Shown in pieces: positions 1 to 9,847 of a stretch of 64,000 bases of DNA (the stretch's first letter is position 1; every line of letters begins with the position of its first letter). Origin of the DNA: a bacterium (GTDB lineage: Bacteria > UBA8248 > JACPRG01 > G963555815); the NCBI GenBank assembly GCA_965218795.1, contig OZ244653.1:1664001-1728000 (forward strand). The letters run 5' to 3'. A model generated the notes under the pieces. The model made no database searches, was not told where the DNA came from, and was given only the letters and a program-made list of their open reading frames with translations. Both the position numbers and the translations under genes were made by a program.

Positions 1-804
1 ATCCGCGTGCACCAAATTCCAGTGGAGGGCGGCGACGGACAATTCCTCGAAACGCTGAGCCGAAGGCTCAACAGGAAAACCCGGGTGGTCTGCATCAGCC
101 ATGTCGCGTGGCTCTCCGGGTACCGATATCCGCTGCAGGAGGTTTCCAAGCTGCTCGCGGGGCGGAACGTCTTCCTCGTGGTGGACGGCGCACAGGCCGC
201 CGGCGCGCTTCGGTTCAATGCCGGCCGGTCAGGGTGCGACTTTTACGCTTTCCCGGGTCAGAAGTGGCTGATGGGGCCCCAGGGTACCGGCGCCCTGTTT
301 GTCCGAAAAGACCTTCAAGAGAAGATTTCCCTGCCGAGCGGGGGGTACAATTCGGTCTCGGAATTCGACCTCGCCTCGGCGTCCTACGCGCCCTACCCGG
401 ACGGCCGCCGGTTTGAGGTATCCACGGAAAGCACCGCCCTGTTCGCCGGGTTGGCGAAAGGGGCAGAGCGGACCCTCGACCTTGGTCTCGCGGCCGTGGA
501 GCGGCGGATCCTGACACTCGCCGGCCGCCTCCTGGATCATCTTCGAGACGTCCCGAACCTTGAGTTGTTGAGCTGCCGCCGGCCGGGAAAGAACCCCGCC
601 CACTCGGGGCTGGTCTCGTTTCGAATCGGTGGGATGACGGCGGCGGAAGCGGCCGAAACGCTGAGGCGGCGAGAGGGCATCCTGGTTCGTGAGGTGCCGG
701 CCGGTCCGCCCGGCGTGCGCGTCTCGCTCCATTACGTCAACCTGGAGGAAGAGGTCGATCGATTGACCGAAGCTGTCATTCGGCTCGCCCGCCGCGCGTC
801 CTGA
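1..804 (+). CDS. Aminotransferase class V / cysteine desulfurase-like PLP enzyme (5' truncated by window edge)
   Basis: Motifs ISHV, VDGAQAAG, DFYAFPGQKWLMGPQGTG (PLP Lys), VRVSLHYVN. Confidence 0.85.
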   Translation: MRVHQIPVEGGDGQFLETLSRRLNRKTRVVCISHVAWLSGYRYPLQEVSKLLAGRNVFLVVDGAQAAGALRFNAGRSGCDFYAFPGQKWLMGPQGTGALFVRKDLQEKISLPSGGYNSVSEFDLASASYAPYPDGRRFEVSTESTALFAGLAKGAERTLDLGLAAVERRILTLAGRLLDHLRDVPNLELLSCRRPGKNPAHSGLVSFRIGGMTAAEAAETLRRREGILVREVPAGPPGVRVSLHYVNLEEEVDRLTEAVIRLARRAS

Positions 805-977
805 AGAGGGTCCCATCCTTCCGCGACACGGCGGACATCCGCTTCGCATGGATGAGGTGGCCGGGGATCCATTCTCACATGACCCTGCCCGGGTTATTCT
901 TGACCGAGACCCACGGGCGCACGAACGAGGGAAAGGTTTCGATCTTCATTCCACTCCCACCCCGCTGACGAACCGCA

Positions 978-1712
978 ATGCCTCACACGTGGCGCAAGAC
1001 CGAAATCGGCATCCTTCAGTTCTTCGAGCGCCTGGGTCTCGATACCAGACGCATCTTTCTCTTCTGGAGCGTTGCCATCGGTGCGGTATGCGGGCTGGTC
1101 GCCGTCAGCTTCCACCTCCTGATTCGCGCGGTCACTGAGTTTCTCTTCGGCGCGCCCGATTTCGCGGGTGTCATCCGCACGCCCATGACCTCGGTTCTCA
1201 TCATTTTCGAGATGACGCAGGATTACCACATCATTTTGCCGCTCATGGTGGCGAATCTCGTCAGCCTGAGGCTTTCCACATGGCTGCACCCGAAGGGGGA
1301 CGTACGAAAGCCTCTCTCTTCAGGAAGGGGTCCATCTGCCCACGCACCGTACGCGCTACATCCTCGAGAACATCCACGTGGAGGACGCCATGGTGAGGGA
1401 GGTCATCAAGCTCGAGGACCATCAGACCGCCGAGGAGGCCACCAGAAAACGCCGATCAGGGAGCTCGGCATCAGAACATACGTCGCGCACGCCCATCCGG
1501 ACCACACCCTGGACGTTGTTCTCCACAAGCTGGGTTCGCGCGACATCTCCCGCCTGCCGGTCGTCAACCGGGTGAACCCGAAGGTCATCGAAGGCATCAT
1601 TACGGCGGAGGATGTCATGCACACGTTCGGCGTGCATCGGGATATCCACGAGGAAGGGGACGTGGACGAGCCCGTCAAGTCGCCCTGGCAACCTCCGGTT
1701 GCATCGCGTTAG
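978..1712 (+). pseudogene. ClC chloride channel + CBS domain gene with a large internal deletion and frameshift
   Basis: AIGAVCGLVAVSF joined directly to AGVIRTPMTSVLIIFEMTQDYHIILPLM. First CBS segment (VEDAMVREV, from 1378) is in another frame; second CBS (ISRLPVV..GIITAEDV) follows. C-terminus runs into a repeat. Confidence 0.75.
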
Positions 1713-1949
1713 GCACTCGCCTGCGGCGAGATGCCATGTGAATCGCAGCGGCGGGTCACCGTCCCCGCTCGCCAGCGTCCCGTTGCATCGCATGAGCGGC
1801 CCTGCGGGCCGCGAAAAGGCTGGGGCCATCCAAGCGAAGCGCAAGGATGGCGAGACCGCAGGGGCACGTTGCCCCTGCCGCGCCTCGGATGTTCAGGCGC
1901 GGCTAATGCGGTCCAGGTCGGAGACCTGGCGATGCAACCGGAGGTTGCC
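1686..1949. repeat. Two-hairpin intergenic repeat locus 1 (end of virion operon)
   Basis: Bounded by inverted GGCAACCTCCGGTTGCATCGC ... GCGATGCAACCGGAGGTTGCC, with internal modules shared with the other loci. Confidence 0.9.
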
Positions 1950-2199
1950 GATGGAGCTCTTCGAGCCTGCGGATCAGCTCCTCGTTGTGCAGCTCGATGG
2001 CCTGATTCATCAGGGCGATGCTGGTCCGCATCTCCCTCACGGTTTCCATCAGATCATCGAGCGCGGCGCGGACCGCCGGGTCCTGCTGGACCTTGACGCC
2101 GCCGTTCCGGTTCGAAAAAAACCGCAGCACGATCAGGCCGATGACAATCGCCCCGCCAGTGCCCGCTGAGGACAAAAGAACCCTGATCAGATCGTCCAT
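1903..2199 (-). CDS. Small single-TM coiled-coil protein, holin-like position
   Basis: N-terminal TM (GTGGAIVIGLIVLRFF) then coiled coil; last gene of the operon; C-terminus QPPVASP... is repeat-derived. Confidence 0.5.
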   Translation of the reverse strand: MDDLIRVLLSSAGTGGAIVIGLIVLRFFSNRNGGVKVQQDPAVRAALDDLMETVREMRTSIALMNQAIELHNEELIRRLEELHRQPPVASPGLRPGPH

Positions 2200-2200
2200 G

Positions 2201-2773
2201 TCAGACCCCCGGGGTCGGCCAGGCAAGGCCGGATGCGGCCGTTGCCGCGCCTGCGGCGTCCGCGGCCGCGTGAATCGCATCGATGGCGTCGAATTTCAGG
2301 CGCTCGATTTTCACGGCCGCGGCCTGCCAAGCCTCGGCTTTCGACCGCCACTCCCCGGCGATCGCTGCATTCGTGGCCGCGGCATCGCCGGCCGCCTGCC
2401 GCCGCGCGGCCTCATCCTGCAGCAGCGGACCCACCGCGGACTCGTCGGCAAGAAAGGCCTCGGCCTCGGACTTCTTGAGCATGTAGACGAGGGCCTGGCC
2501 CGAGCCGTCCGAGATCCACTCCAGCCGCGCGGCCTCGGCCTGCTCCTTCACCCGTGAGATCATCTCTGCTTTCAGAGCCTCCAGCGGCGGACCCGGCGGA
2601 CGCGCGAACGTTCCGCCGCCGCGCTCGTCGTAGAGATCCCCCGCATCAACCCCTTCCGGCGCGTCCACCCAGCGCAGGCCCGGAGCGACCGGGAAGGGTT
2701 CCCCGCCACCGGGCGGGACCTCCTCGACCTGAACCACCCGTCCGCCGTCCACGTCAATCAAGGCTTTTTTCAT
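2201..2773 (-). CDS. Putative tail fibre assembly protein
   Basis: 190 aa, coupled to the tail fibre gene; FPVAPGLRWVDAP N-terminus and helical Ala-rich C-terminus. Confidence 0.6.
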   Translation of the reverse strand: MKKALIDVDGGRVVQVEEVPPGGGEPFPVAPGLRWVDAPEGVDAGDLYDERGGGTFARPPGPPLEALKAEMISRVKEQAEAARLEWISDGSGQALVYMLKKSEAEAFLADESAVGPLLQDEAARRQAAGDAAATNAAIAGEWRSKAEAWQAAAVKIERLKFDAIDAIHAAADAAGAATAASGLAWPTPGV

Positions 2774-3639
2774 CAGTAATACTCCTCCACGATGACGATT
2801 CCCGGAGCTCCATTCCCTCCAGGACTCGAGCTGCTTGACCAGCCAGCCGATCCCCCTCCTCCATAGTTCTTGCCATCGCCTCCCTCGCGACCACCTGACC
2901 CTTCCAGATCTATAAAGCCGGAACCGCCACTCAGCTGGCTTTCTCCGCCGCGACTGCTTTGACCTCTGCCCGATCCGTCCCCGCCTCCAATCTGAACGTC
3001 CCCGCCCACTCCATTACCGCCGACTCCGGCCCTTGCAGTCCCGCCTGTCTGTATACCGCCGCCGCCCCCGGTCGCTGAACAGTGAGAGCCGAAGGAGCTC
3101 GTAAGACCGGTCTGAGCGTCTGATACGTTGCCGCCCGTACCGCCCGCTCCAACTGTCACGACCTCGGTCGATGCGAGGACGGACCCGCCGAACCGTCCCT
3201 CCGCATATCCGCCTCCGCCGCCAGGCGTCCCATTTGAGCCCTTAGAGCCGCCGCCGCCGCCACCGACGAGCCGGATCACGACGTATCCGTCGTTCCCCAT
3301 CCCCGCGGGCTTGGTCCAGGCCCCGCTGGAAGTGAAGGTCCGGATCCTTTTCAGACCGCCCCCGCCGCCGACTCTGGCCTTCGCGCCGGAGCTGTCCTTT
3401 GCGATCAGGCCCCCGGAAGAATCGACGAACAGCCGGCGATGGTCCGCCTCCGGGCTGTCCGGGTCCGACGCCTGCTCCTTGAAGTCCCAGGCGTTCGCTG
3501 AGCCGTCGTTGTTCCGGGCCTTCGTCCCGTCCGCGGCATCGACCTCCGGTCCGATGAACAGCCGGTTGAGTGTGTCGTTCTTGGTGGGGTGTCCGGCGCC
3601 CACCATCTCCTCTGTCGCCTGAATTCTTTGATCCGCCAT
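2773..3639 (-). CDS. Glycine-rich tail fibre-like protein
   Basis: TFTSSGAWTKP..VGGGGGG..GGGGGYAE..VTVGAGG..GAPGIVIVEEY glycine-rich domain; SD GGGGAGG before ATG 3639. Confidence 0.75.
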   Translation of the reverse strand: MADQRIQATEEMVGAGHPTKNDTLNRLFIGPEVDAADGTKARNNDGSANAWDFKEQASDPDSPEADHRRLFVDSSGGLIAKDSSGAKARVGGGGGLKRIRTFTSSGAWTKPAGMGNDGYVVIRLVGGGGGGSKGSNGTPGGGGGYAEGRFGGSVLASTEVVTVGAGGTGGNVSDAQTGLTSSFGSHCSATGGGGGIQTGGTARAGVGGNGVGGDVQIGGGDGSGRGQSSRGGESQLSGGSGFIDLEGSGGREGGDGKNYGGGGSAGWSSSSSPGGNGAPGIVIVEEYY

Positions 3640-3650
3640 GGATTCCTCCC

Positions 3651-4030
3651 CGGCAGGCTTTCGCCTGCACCGCATGGGCCGCCCTTGCGCTTCGCTGGGG
3701 CGGCAAAAACAAGGCGACCCAAAGGGTCGCGAAAGCGATCAACCCGGAGGGTTGCCCGGCCATCCAAGCGAAGGGACACAGGCCCAAGCGCAAGAATGGC
3801 GAGACCGTACCGGCAACCTCCCGCCAGGTCTCCGACCTGGACCGCATGAGCCGCGCCTGAACATCCGAGGCGCGGCAAAGGCAAGGCAGCCTCCGGTTGC
3901 ATCGCATTGGGCGCGCTTCGCGCGGCGAAAAGGCCGGGCCAGTACGGAGCCTGGCCCCTACGAAAAACAGACGTCTTTGCCGCCCAAGCGAAGCGCCAGG
4001 GCGGCCAAAGCGATGCAACGGGACGTTGCC
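3651..4030. repeat. Two-hairpin intergenic repeat locus 2
   Basis: Five core motifs, including GCAGGC-GAAA-GCCTGC, CAACCC-GGA-GGGTTG, CCAGGTC-GGA-GACCTGG and GCAACG-GGA-CGTTGC. Confidence 0.9.
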
Positions 4031-4031
4031 C

Positions 4032-5279
4032 CTATCCCATCAGGGTTTGCAAACGATCGTTCCCCGCCGTTCTGGACCCGTCCGAAATGCAGCTCCCGTC
4101 CGCGATGCAGGAGTCGGTGACATACAACCCGGTGTCCAGCAGCCGGAACCTGACCTCGCTCCGCTCCGAGACGAATTCCTTCGACAGAACGCGGCAGATC
4201 TGGTTGGCCAAGGGCCGCCGGCCGTCTCTTTCAAAAACAAAATCCAAAGAGAGGGAGACGTGATCTCCCCGCTCGACGTGCAGCAGGGTTTCAGTCTTCT
4301 GTTCGATCTCGAAAACCCGGGGGCCGTTCTTGAACAGGCTGACGATGACGTGCTGAACGGTCCGCAGCGTGGTGAGGTCGCGGATCCAGGGCATCTCGAA
4401 CAGGCCGCCGGTCCTGCCGAGGGCGCCGTGGACGCCCACGCTTTTCAGGTCCTGCTCGGCCGCGCCGTCATCGAAACCGAAGAACCCGCGGTCGAAGAAA
4501 TTGTAGCGGTAGCGAGCCCCTGGACGGTTGATGATGTCTTCGCGAAGCCGGGGACCGACCCGGGCCGCGCCCCGCTGGCGGGCCGTGATGAACCCCTGCA
4601 TGGTCTCTCCGAAGGGCAGCGATCCTGCGCCGGACAACCCGCTTTCCATCTGGAGGTAGACCTTCCGGTCCTTTCGCAGGAACCAGCCGCCCATGAAGTC
4701 CTTCATGACCTCCTGGATCAACCCGCCCGGGGTGACGTCTGCCGCCAGGACGCTCGCGGCCCTGTACCCGGCCGCCGCGGCCCGCTCCCTGGCGCTTTCC
4801 AGGGCCGAGGCGTCGAATATCTCCGAGGTTTCCCCCAGGCCCGCGACGTTGGCCAGGAAGTCCTCGACCACGGCGACGGGGTTCTCGATCAGCGACGCGC
4901 CGGCCGCCCGGCCCTTGCCCCGGGCCCGGACCGCCCCGTTGGGTTCCACCGTGAACGAGACCGCGGCGATAGCCCCCCGGCCCTCGAAGTCGCTGGACGC
5001 GCTGAAGGCGTATCCCGCCGGCGGGATCTCGCCGTCCTCGTCATAGAGGGTGACGCTGTTGCCGTCCGCCTCGGACAGCACGGGGTGTCCCGCGAAGGCG
5101 TAGACCCCGCCCTCCGGGGAGGCGTCGATCCGGGGCAGTTCCCATATTCCCCGGTCCCCGTCGGTCAGATCGCCGTAGACGACGGGCAGCGCGGCGTCCT
5201 CGTTTTCCGGGTTGGCGTACCGGCCCGCCCGGGGCAGGAGGAACACATCGTTCAACAGACTCGTATCGATCGCCGTCAC
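4032..5279 (-). CDS. Phage tail tip / baseplate hub-like protein
   Basis: GTG start after a repeat-borne SD; LPVVYGD and LIENP motifs; follows the tape measure gene. Confidence 0.65.
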   Translation of the reverse strand: MTAIDTSLLNDVFLLPRAGRYANPENEDAALPVVYGDLTDGDRGIWELPRIDASPEGGVYAFAGHPVLSEADGNSVTLYDEDGEIPPAGYAFSASSDFEGRGAIAAVSFTVEPNGAVRARGKGRAAGASLIENPVAVVEDFLANVAGLGETSEIFDASALESARERAAAAGYRAASVLAADVTPGGLIQEVMKDFMGGWFLRKDRKVYLQMESGLSGAGSLPFGETMQGFITARQRGAARVGPRLREDIINRPGARYRYNFFDRGFFGFDDGAAEQDLKSVGVHGALGRTGGLFEMPWIRDLTTLRTVQHVIVSLFKNGPRVFEIEQKTETLLHVERGDHVSLSLDFVFERDGRRPLANQICRVLSKEFVSERSEVRFRLLDTGLYVTDSCIADGSCISDGSRTAGNDRLQTLMG

Positions 5280-5280
5280 G

Positions 5281-5900
5281 GCAACCTCCCGTTGCATCGC
5301 ATTGGCCGCGCCTGAACATCCGAGGCGCGGCAAAAGACAAACCGGCACGATGCCAAGCCATCCAAGCGAAGGAACACAGGCCCAAGCGCAAGAATGGCGA
5401 GATCGTACCGGCAACCTCCCGTTGCATCGCATGAGCCGCGCCTGAACATCCGAGGCGCGGCAAAAGACAAACCAACACGATGCCCGGCCATCCAAGCGAA
5501 GGAACACAGGCCCAAGCGCAAGAATGGCGAGATCGTACCGGCAACCTCCCGCCAGGTCTCCGACCTGCACCGCATGGGCCGCGCCTGAACATCCGAGGCG
5601 CGGCAAAAGACAAACCAACACGATGCCCGGCCATCCAAGCGAAGGAACACAGGCCCAAGCGCAAGGATGGCGAGTGCGCACCGGCAACCTCCCGCCAGGT
5701 CTCCGACCTGCACCGCATGGGCCGCGTTGAGGGCTTTGCCCTGACGCGGCAGAGACCTCAAGGCCACGCCTGGCGGTCGTCGAATCGGGGCAACGCCTTG
5801 CCGGCGCGGCAGAGACAAGGGCGACGCGAGCCATAGCGCGAGCGTCGCGAAAGCGGTCCAGGCGAAAGCCTGGCGATGCAACGGGACGTTGCCGGTCCAG
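5281..5900. repeat. Two-hairpin repeat locus 3a: tandem array of 130, 130 and 143 bp units plus a partial unit
   Basis: Units start at 5281, 5411, 5541 and 5684 with GCAACCTCCCG. Confidence 0.95.
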
Positions 5901-6105
5901 CGGGACGCTGGCGGGCCTGTCCCCCGGATGTCGCAGGCGAGGGTCTGACGCATGGATTCGGGCAACGCGGGAACGGCCTGCGCGTGGGTGCGCCCCGGAC
6001 GTCTTAGCGGGGGGCTGGCCGTATGGATTCCCGCTGCAGCCTGTCCCCGAAGGCTTCTATCGGGGACAGAAATGACGAAACGACAGTCACGCAACCCCCC
6101 AACCG

Positions 6106-6159
6106 GTCATTCCCGCGGCCTGCCCTCGAATGCTTTAATCGGGGGAAGCGGGAATCCAG
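6106..6159. repeat. CGTC-type palindromic (REP-like) repeat
   Basis: GTCATTCCCGCG...GCGGGAATCCAG; related copies near 28.9, 29.2, 40.8, 45.2-45.5 and 58.7 kb. Confidence 0.7.
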
Positions 6160-6179
6160 TGTCATGTATCCGGCAGGGG

Positions 6180-6308
6180 CCTGCCGCCCCAAGGGCGGCC
6201 AATTGCGGTCCAGGCGAAAGCCTGGCGCGATCATAGCGCCCGGAACGTTGCCAGCTGGCGGCATCTCGCCGCAGGCGAGCGCCTGACGCGATGCAACGGG
6301 ACGTTGCC
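6180..6308. repeat. Two-hairpin repeat locus 3b overlapping the tape measure 3' end
   Basis: GCGGT-CCAGGCGAAAGCCTGG and GCGAT-GCAACGGGACGTTGCC. Confidence 0.9.
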
Positions 6309-8723
6309 GTAGCGCCGGCGCTGGAGCTTGCGGATCTCCGCCTCGATCTTCCGCGCAAAGCGCTTCATCTCATGCTCGCTCGACAGGACCGACCGGCTCA
6401 TGTCCACGTTCACGTGGATGTGGTTGGTGATCGTGTCGCCCCGGGGAGTCTCCTCCTCCCGCAGGCCGCGGTTCCGGGGCCCCAGCGGCTCCACGCGGAC
6501 CCGCTCGGGCCCGGCCTCGCCCGCGACGAACCCCGTCGCGCGGTTCACGATCCCGTTGAAGCCCCGCGCCGCGAGCAGGAAGGGGATATGCGGCGCGTAT
6601 CGATCGGCGTAGTCGCGGCCTTTGTAAAGCAGGGCATTGTACGTCGCCTGTTGGAAGATCCGGGCCAGACCCTGCGCGTCCTTCTTGCTTTCGCGCGCGA
6701 TATAATCCGCCTGATTCCCCTCGCCCGCGTTGCCCACCGCGTTGTGGATCCGCCGCGCGTGCATTGCGGTCTCGCGTTCGTCGAAGGCGCCGATCGCCCG
6801 GAAGAAGGCGTCCGCCTTGTCGCGGGCCACGTCCTCCAGCCGGTCCGAAAGGAACGTCCCGCGCTTCCCCCCGCCGAGCAACCCGCCCAAAAACCCCGAG
6901 AGCGGGCCGCCCGCGCCGCCGCCAATCAGGCCCCCCAATACCGTCCCCACGCCGGGGATCAGCGATCCCGCGATCCCGCCGCCGATCGCGCCGACCCCGG
7001 AGCCGATGGTCGAGGCCGTCCCGCTCGTCCCCGTCAATCCCGACAGCAGCTGGCCCGCGCCGAACCCCAGACCCGCCCCGCCCGCCAGCTGACCGAAACT
7101 GGAGCCGGTCCCCAGGAATCCCCCCTGGCCGAAGAAGCCCGAGGATGCGGAGACGCCGGTCAGCGACGGCGGAGCGAAGATCGAGACGCCCGCCGCGGCT
7201 CCCGCGCCGCCGCCGAACAGGTTCCCGGTCCCGGGGATCGACGGGAGGCTGAAGCCTCCTCCCCCGCCTGAGCCGACGCCCCCGAACCCCAGGCCGGGGA
7301 TGCCCACCGGCGTGTTGAACAGCGTCGCCAGGCCCGAGGCCGCCCAGGAGGTCACCATCTGCGCCACCACGTCCGCCCAGACGTTCACCATCCGCAGGCC
7401 CATGTTCTCGAACGACGCCCCGATGTTGTCGAGCCTGCCCGTCAGGAAGTCGAAGAACTCTTCCTGCAAGCCGCCCCGGAGCGCCCCGAACGTGGCCGTG
7501 GTGGCCTGGGAGGCGTTCAGGCCGAAGCTGGACATGTCCAGGTAGGCCCGCTGCGCGCCCGCGGAGATCCCCCCGAACAGCGCCTGGGAGCTCACGCCCA
7601 GGTCTTGCAGGGCTGAGCGCTGTTCGGCTGCGGATTGACGGGCGATCTCCGGAATCGCCTCGCCCGCGGACCTTTCGTAGAACCGCTCCAGCGCGCCGTA
7701 GGCGTCCTCGCCGGCCGCTTGCTGTTCCTCGTAGCCGAGCAGGGCCGCGCCGAGGGTTTCTTCGGTCGCGTCGATGAAGGGCGCGGCGAAATCCCGCTGG
7801 TACGCCTCGGAGGAACGCCGGATGAGGTTGCCGACCGAGTCGGTGTAGCCCATCCAGGCCCGCAGGCCGTCTTCCTGCAAGGAAGCTAGGGGTTTCACTG
7901 GCCCCGGAAACGATACCAAAGTTGGAGAATGGGGAAGTCCAAGGCTGGAGATTGGACCATTGTGATCCATCTTCAGGCCATCTGTTGATGGTCCTCCATT
8001 CAACCTACCTCTACCCGACACCGGTACAGGTTCGGACGCTTCAATTTCTTTTTCGAAGCAGAAGCATCTAACAAGCTTATCGAGCGATACATCAATATAT
8101 TCAAGCCGGAGATTTCTCGTTTGATTGGATATTTCTTCCTTTTTCAGAAATTCCAGAATCTGACCGATTTGAACATTTAGCTGTTGATTTTGGCTTTGCT
8201 GCACAAATCCGGTTTTGCCTAGTTTCCTAGTCTCTTGTGCAATGTCAACCCCTTTTTCAGCTATACCAATCATATCTTCAATAGGAGTTCTCGGATCCTT
8301 CTTACTCCTTTTTGGATCCCTTGGAAATTTTGTCTTAAACCGTTTAATCTGGGATAAAAGTTCGATCGTTTTGATGATAGAAGCTATGTTCTTGGAAGAC
8401 CAAAGATTCAACTCAAGGTATTCAATGATGAGTTCGGGAGGAACTATCGTAAAAGGAAAAGAGGGCAGCGCATTATTCGAACGCTTCAATGAGGAAATGG
8501 ATTTCATGATCGATTGATTGACTCTCTCTAATACCCCCTTTATTCCGCTTGCATAAGATTCCATGTTGGAACGCGCACCCTCGGCGAAAGCTTTGTGGGC
8601 CGCCGATGCGTTCCGAAGCGTTTTCTCGATTTCATTGTCGAATTGATGGATCGCGGGTGTCGCGTGGTCGTCCACTTTTAGTAGAAATTCAATGCTATTC
8701 GCCGTTTGGGACTTTCTCCTCAA
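6231..8723 (-). CDS. Tape measure protein
   Basis: 830 aa, helical, with a Gly-rich hydrophobic segment and the ARGFNGIVNRATGFVAGEAGPERV motif near the C-terminus; downstream of the tail chaperones. Confidence 0.8.
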   Translation of the reverse strand: MRRKSQTANSIEFLLKVDDHATPAIHQFDNEIEKTLRNASAAHKAFAEGARSNMESYASGIKGVLERVNQSIMKSISSLKRSNNALPSFPFTIVPPELIIEYLELNLWSSKNIASIIKTIELLSQIKRFKTKFPRDPKRSKKDPRTPIEDMIGIAEKGVDIAQETRKLGKTGFVQQSQNQQLNVQIGQILEFLKKEEISNQTRNLRLEYIDVSLDKLVRCFCFEKEIEASEPVPVSGRGRLNGGPSTDGLKMDHNGPISSLGLPHSPTLVSFPGPVKPLASLQEDGLRAWMGYTDSVGNLIRRSSEAYQRDFAAPFIDATEETLGAALLGYEEQQAAGEDAYGALERFYERSAGEAIPEIARQSAAEQRSALQDLGVSSQALFGGISAGAQRAYLDMSSFGLNASQATTATFGALRGGLQEEFFDFLTGRLDNIGASFENMGLRMVNVWADVVAQMVTSWAASGLATLFNTPVGIPGLGFGGVGSGGGGGFSLPSIPGTGNLFGGGAGAAAGVSIFAPPSLTGVSASSGFFGQGGFLGTGSSFGQLAGGAGLGFGAGQLLSGLTGTSGTASTIGSGVGAIGGGIAGSLIPGVGTVLGGLIGGGAGGPLSGFLGGLLGGGKRGTFLSDRLEDVARDKADAFFRAIGAFDERETAMHARRIHNAVGNAGEGNQADYIARESKKDAQGLARIFQQATYNALLYKGRDYADRYAPHIPFLLAARGFNGIVNRATGFVAGEAGPERVRVEPLGPRNRGLREEETPRGDTITNHIHVNVDMSRSVLSSEHEMKRFARKIEAEIRKLQRRRYGNVPLHRVRRSPAARCRQLATFRAL

Positions 8724-8918
8724 ATCAAGTCAGACATGCCCATTGGCCCCCCCGACATTGGAGCCAACGAAGGGTAAATAAGATTACCATATACGATGCT
8801 CTTTGAGATGGGAGACCAGGGCTAAAATCAGGATAGAAAAAGAGAGCCCGATCGATTGACTGTACCTAGTGAAAACCTGATATATTTTATGCGATAGAAT
8901 AAATCGCTCATGATAATT

Positions 8919-9458
8919 TCATTCACATTTCATTATGCCTATACTCTTCGGAACAGTTAATTTTCCGGCCAAATTATTCGGCATTTTACAACCAAACCTT
9001 ATTGATAAGTGAGAATAAAGCAAAGGTGTCCAAATAATAGCCCGATCAGATCGACTCCCTATCGGCATTGTGTAAATTGAAACATAGGTTTTCTTTGCTT
9101 CTTCCGGTACAAAATAAATTGCAATAATTTCTTCAGGACTAACATCAAACCAGTTTCGCAGGTGTTCCGCGAGTATATAACCCTTATTTTCATCTTTCTC
9201 TCGAATGATGAGTCCATACTGGTTCAAGATCCTGATGGAAGATTCGAATAGTTCCTCATTATCAAATTGAAAAAGAACACTTCTCTCTCTCTTGTCCATT
9301 AATTCACTAAGTCCCTCTGGACGGAATGCGTTGAAATAACTTAGAGACTGACTTGATCTAAGTATAGTTCCCAACCATTCGGTATGTAGAAACAGCATCC
9401 ACGACAGGAAAAGCAGAACCCAAGGTATCGCATTGATGGCGGTTCTGTGTTTCGACAT
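8919..9458 (-). CDS. Low-GC membrane-anchored hypothetical protein (moron-like)
   Basis: N-terminal TM followed by a soluble domain; AT-rich DNA. Confidence 0.6.
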   Translation of the reverse strand: MSKHRTAINAIPWVLLFLSWMLFLHTEWLGTILRSSQSLSYFNAFRPEGLSELMDKRERSVLFQFDNEELFESSIRILNQYGLIIREKDENKGYILAEHLRNWFDVSPEEIIAIYFVPEEAKKTYVSIYTMPIGSRSDRAIIWTPLLYSHLSIRFGCKMPNNLAGKLTVPKSIGIMKCE

Positions 9459-9846
9459 CACTCCTTCCCCTCTCAACGGACCTACTCGGGTGCCTGGATT
9501 GTACCGAGCCAGATGGGTTTAGATACCCTTCGGACATTCCCGACATCCGGGTCCGCATCGTTCCCAGCTTCTGGTTTATCGTTCCCAGCTCCTGGTTCAA
9601 TGCCTGAATCGGCCGAAGCGTATCTTCCAGCGCAGCTCTCACGGGCATTAAAGCTCGCCTGAATGAATTCAGAGACTTCAGCAGCAGGGTCTCATTGGCC
9701 TTCAGGCTCGCCTTGGATTCTTCAGCGAACGTCTTGTGCGCCAATGAGACCTTCATGAGCGTCTGATCCACCGTTTTGGCCAATCGACGCAACTCTGGAG
9801 TCACCCTGTCTCGAGCCTCCAGCTCCAGAACTATCGAATTGTCCAT
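9358..9846 (-). CDS. Tape-measure N-terminus-like stub
   Basis: MDNSIVLELEARD...AHKTFAEES resembles tape measure ANSIEFLLKVDD...AHKAFAEG. Confidence 0.55.
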   Translation of the reverse strand: MDNSIVLELEARDRVTPELRRLAKTVDQTLMKVSLAHKTFAEESKASLKANETLLLKSLNSFRRALMPVRAALEDTLRPIQALNQELGTINQKLGTMRTRMSGMSEGYLNPSGSVQSRHPSRSVERGRSDVETQNRHQCDTLGSAFPVVDAVSTYRMVGNYT

Positions 9847-9847
9847 C

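Noticed and set aside
2773-3639. Diversity-generating retroelement targeting the tail fibre
   Set aside because: No reverse transcriptase and no TR/VR pair with adenine-specific mismatches seen
4032-5834. Long N-terminal extensions of ORFs 4032-5834, 12956-13636, 14154-15809, 18792-19754 and 24219-25850
   Set aside because: The extensions are repeat sequence; SD-supported starts lie downstream
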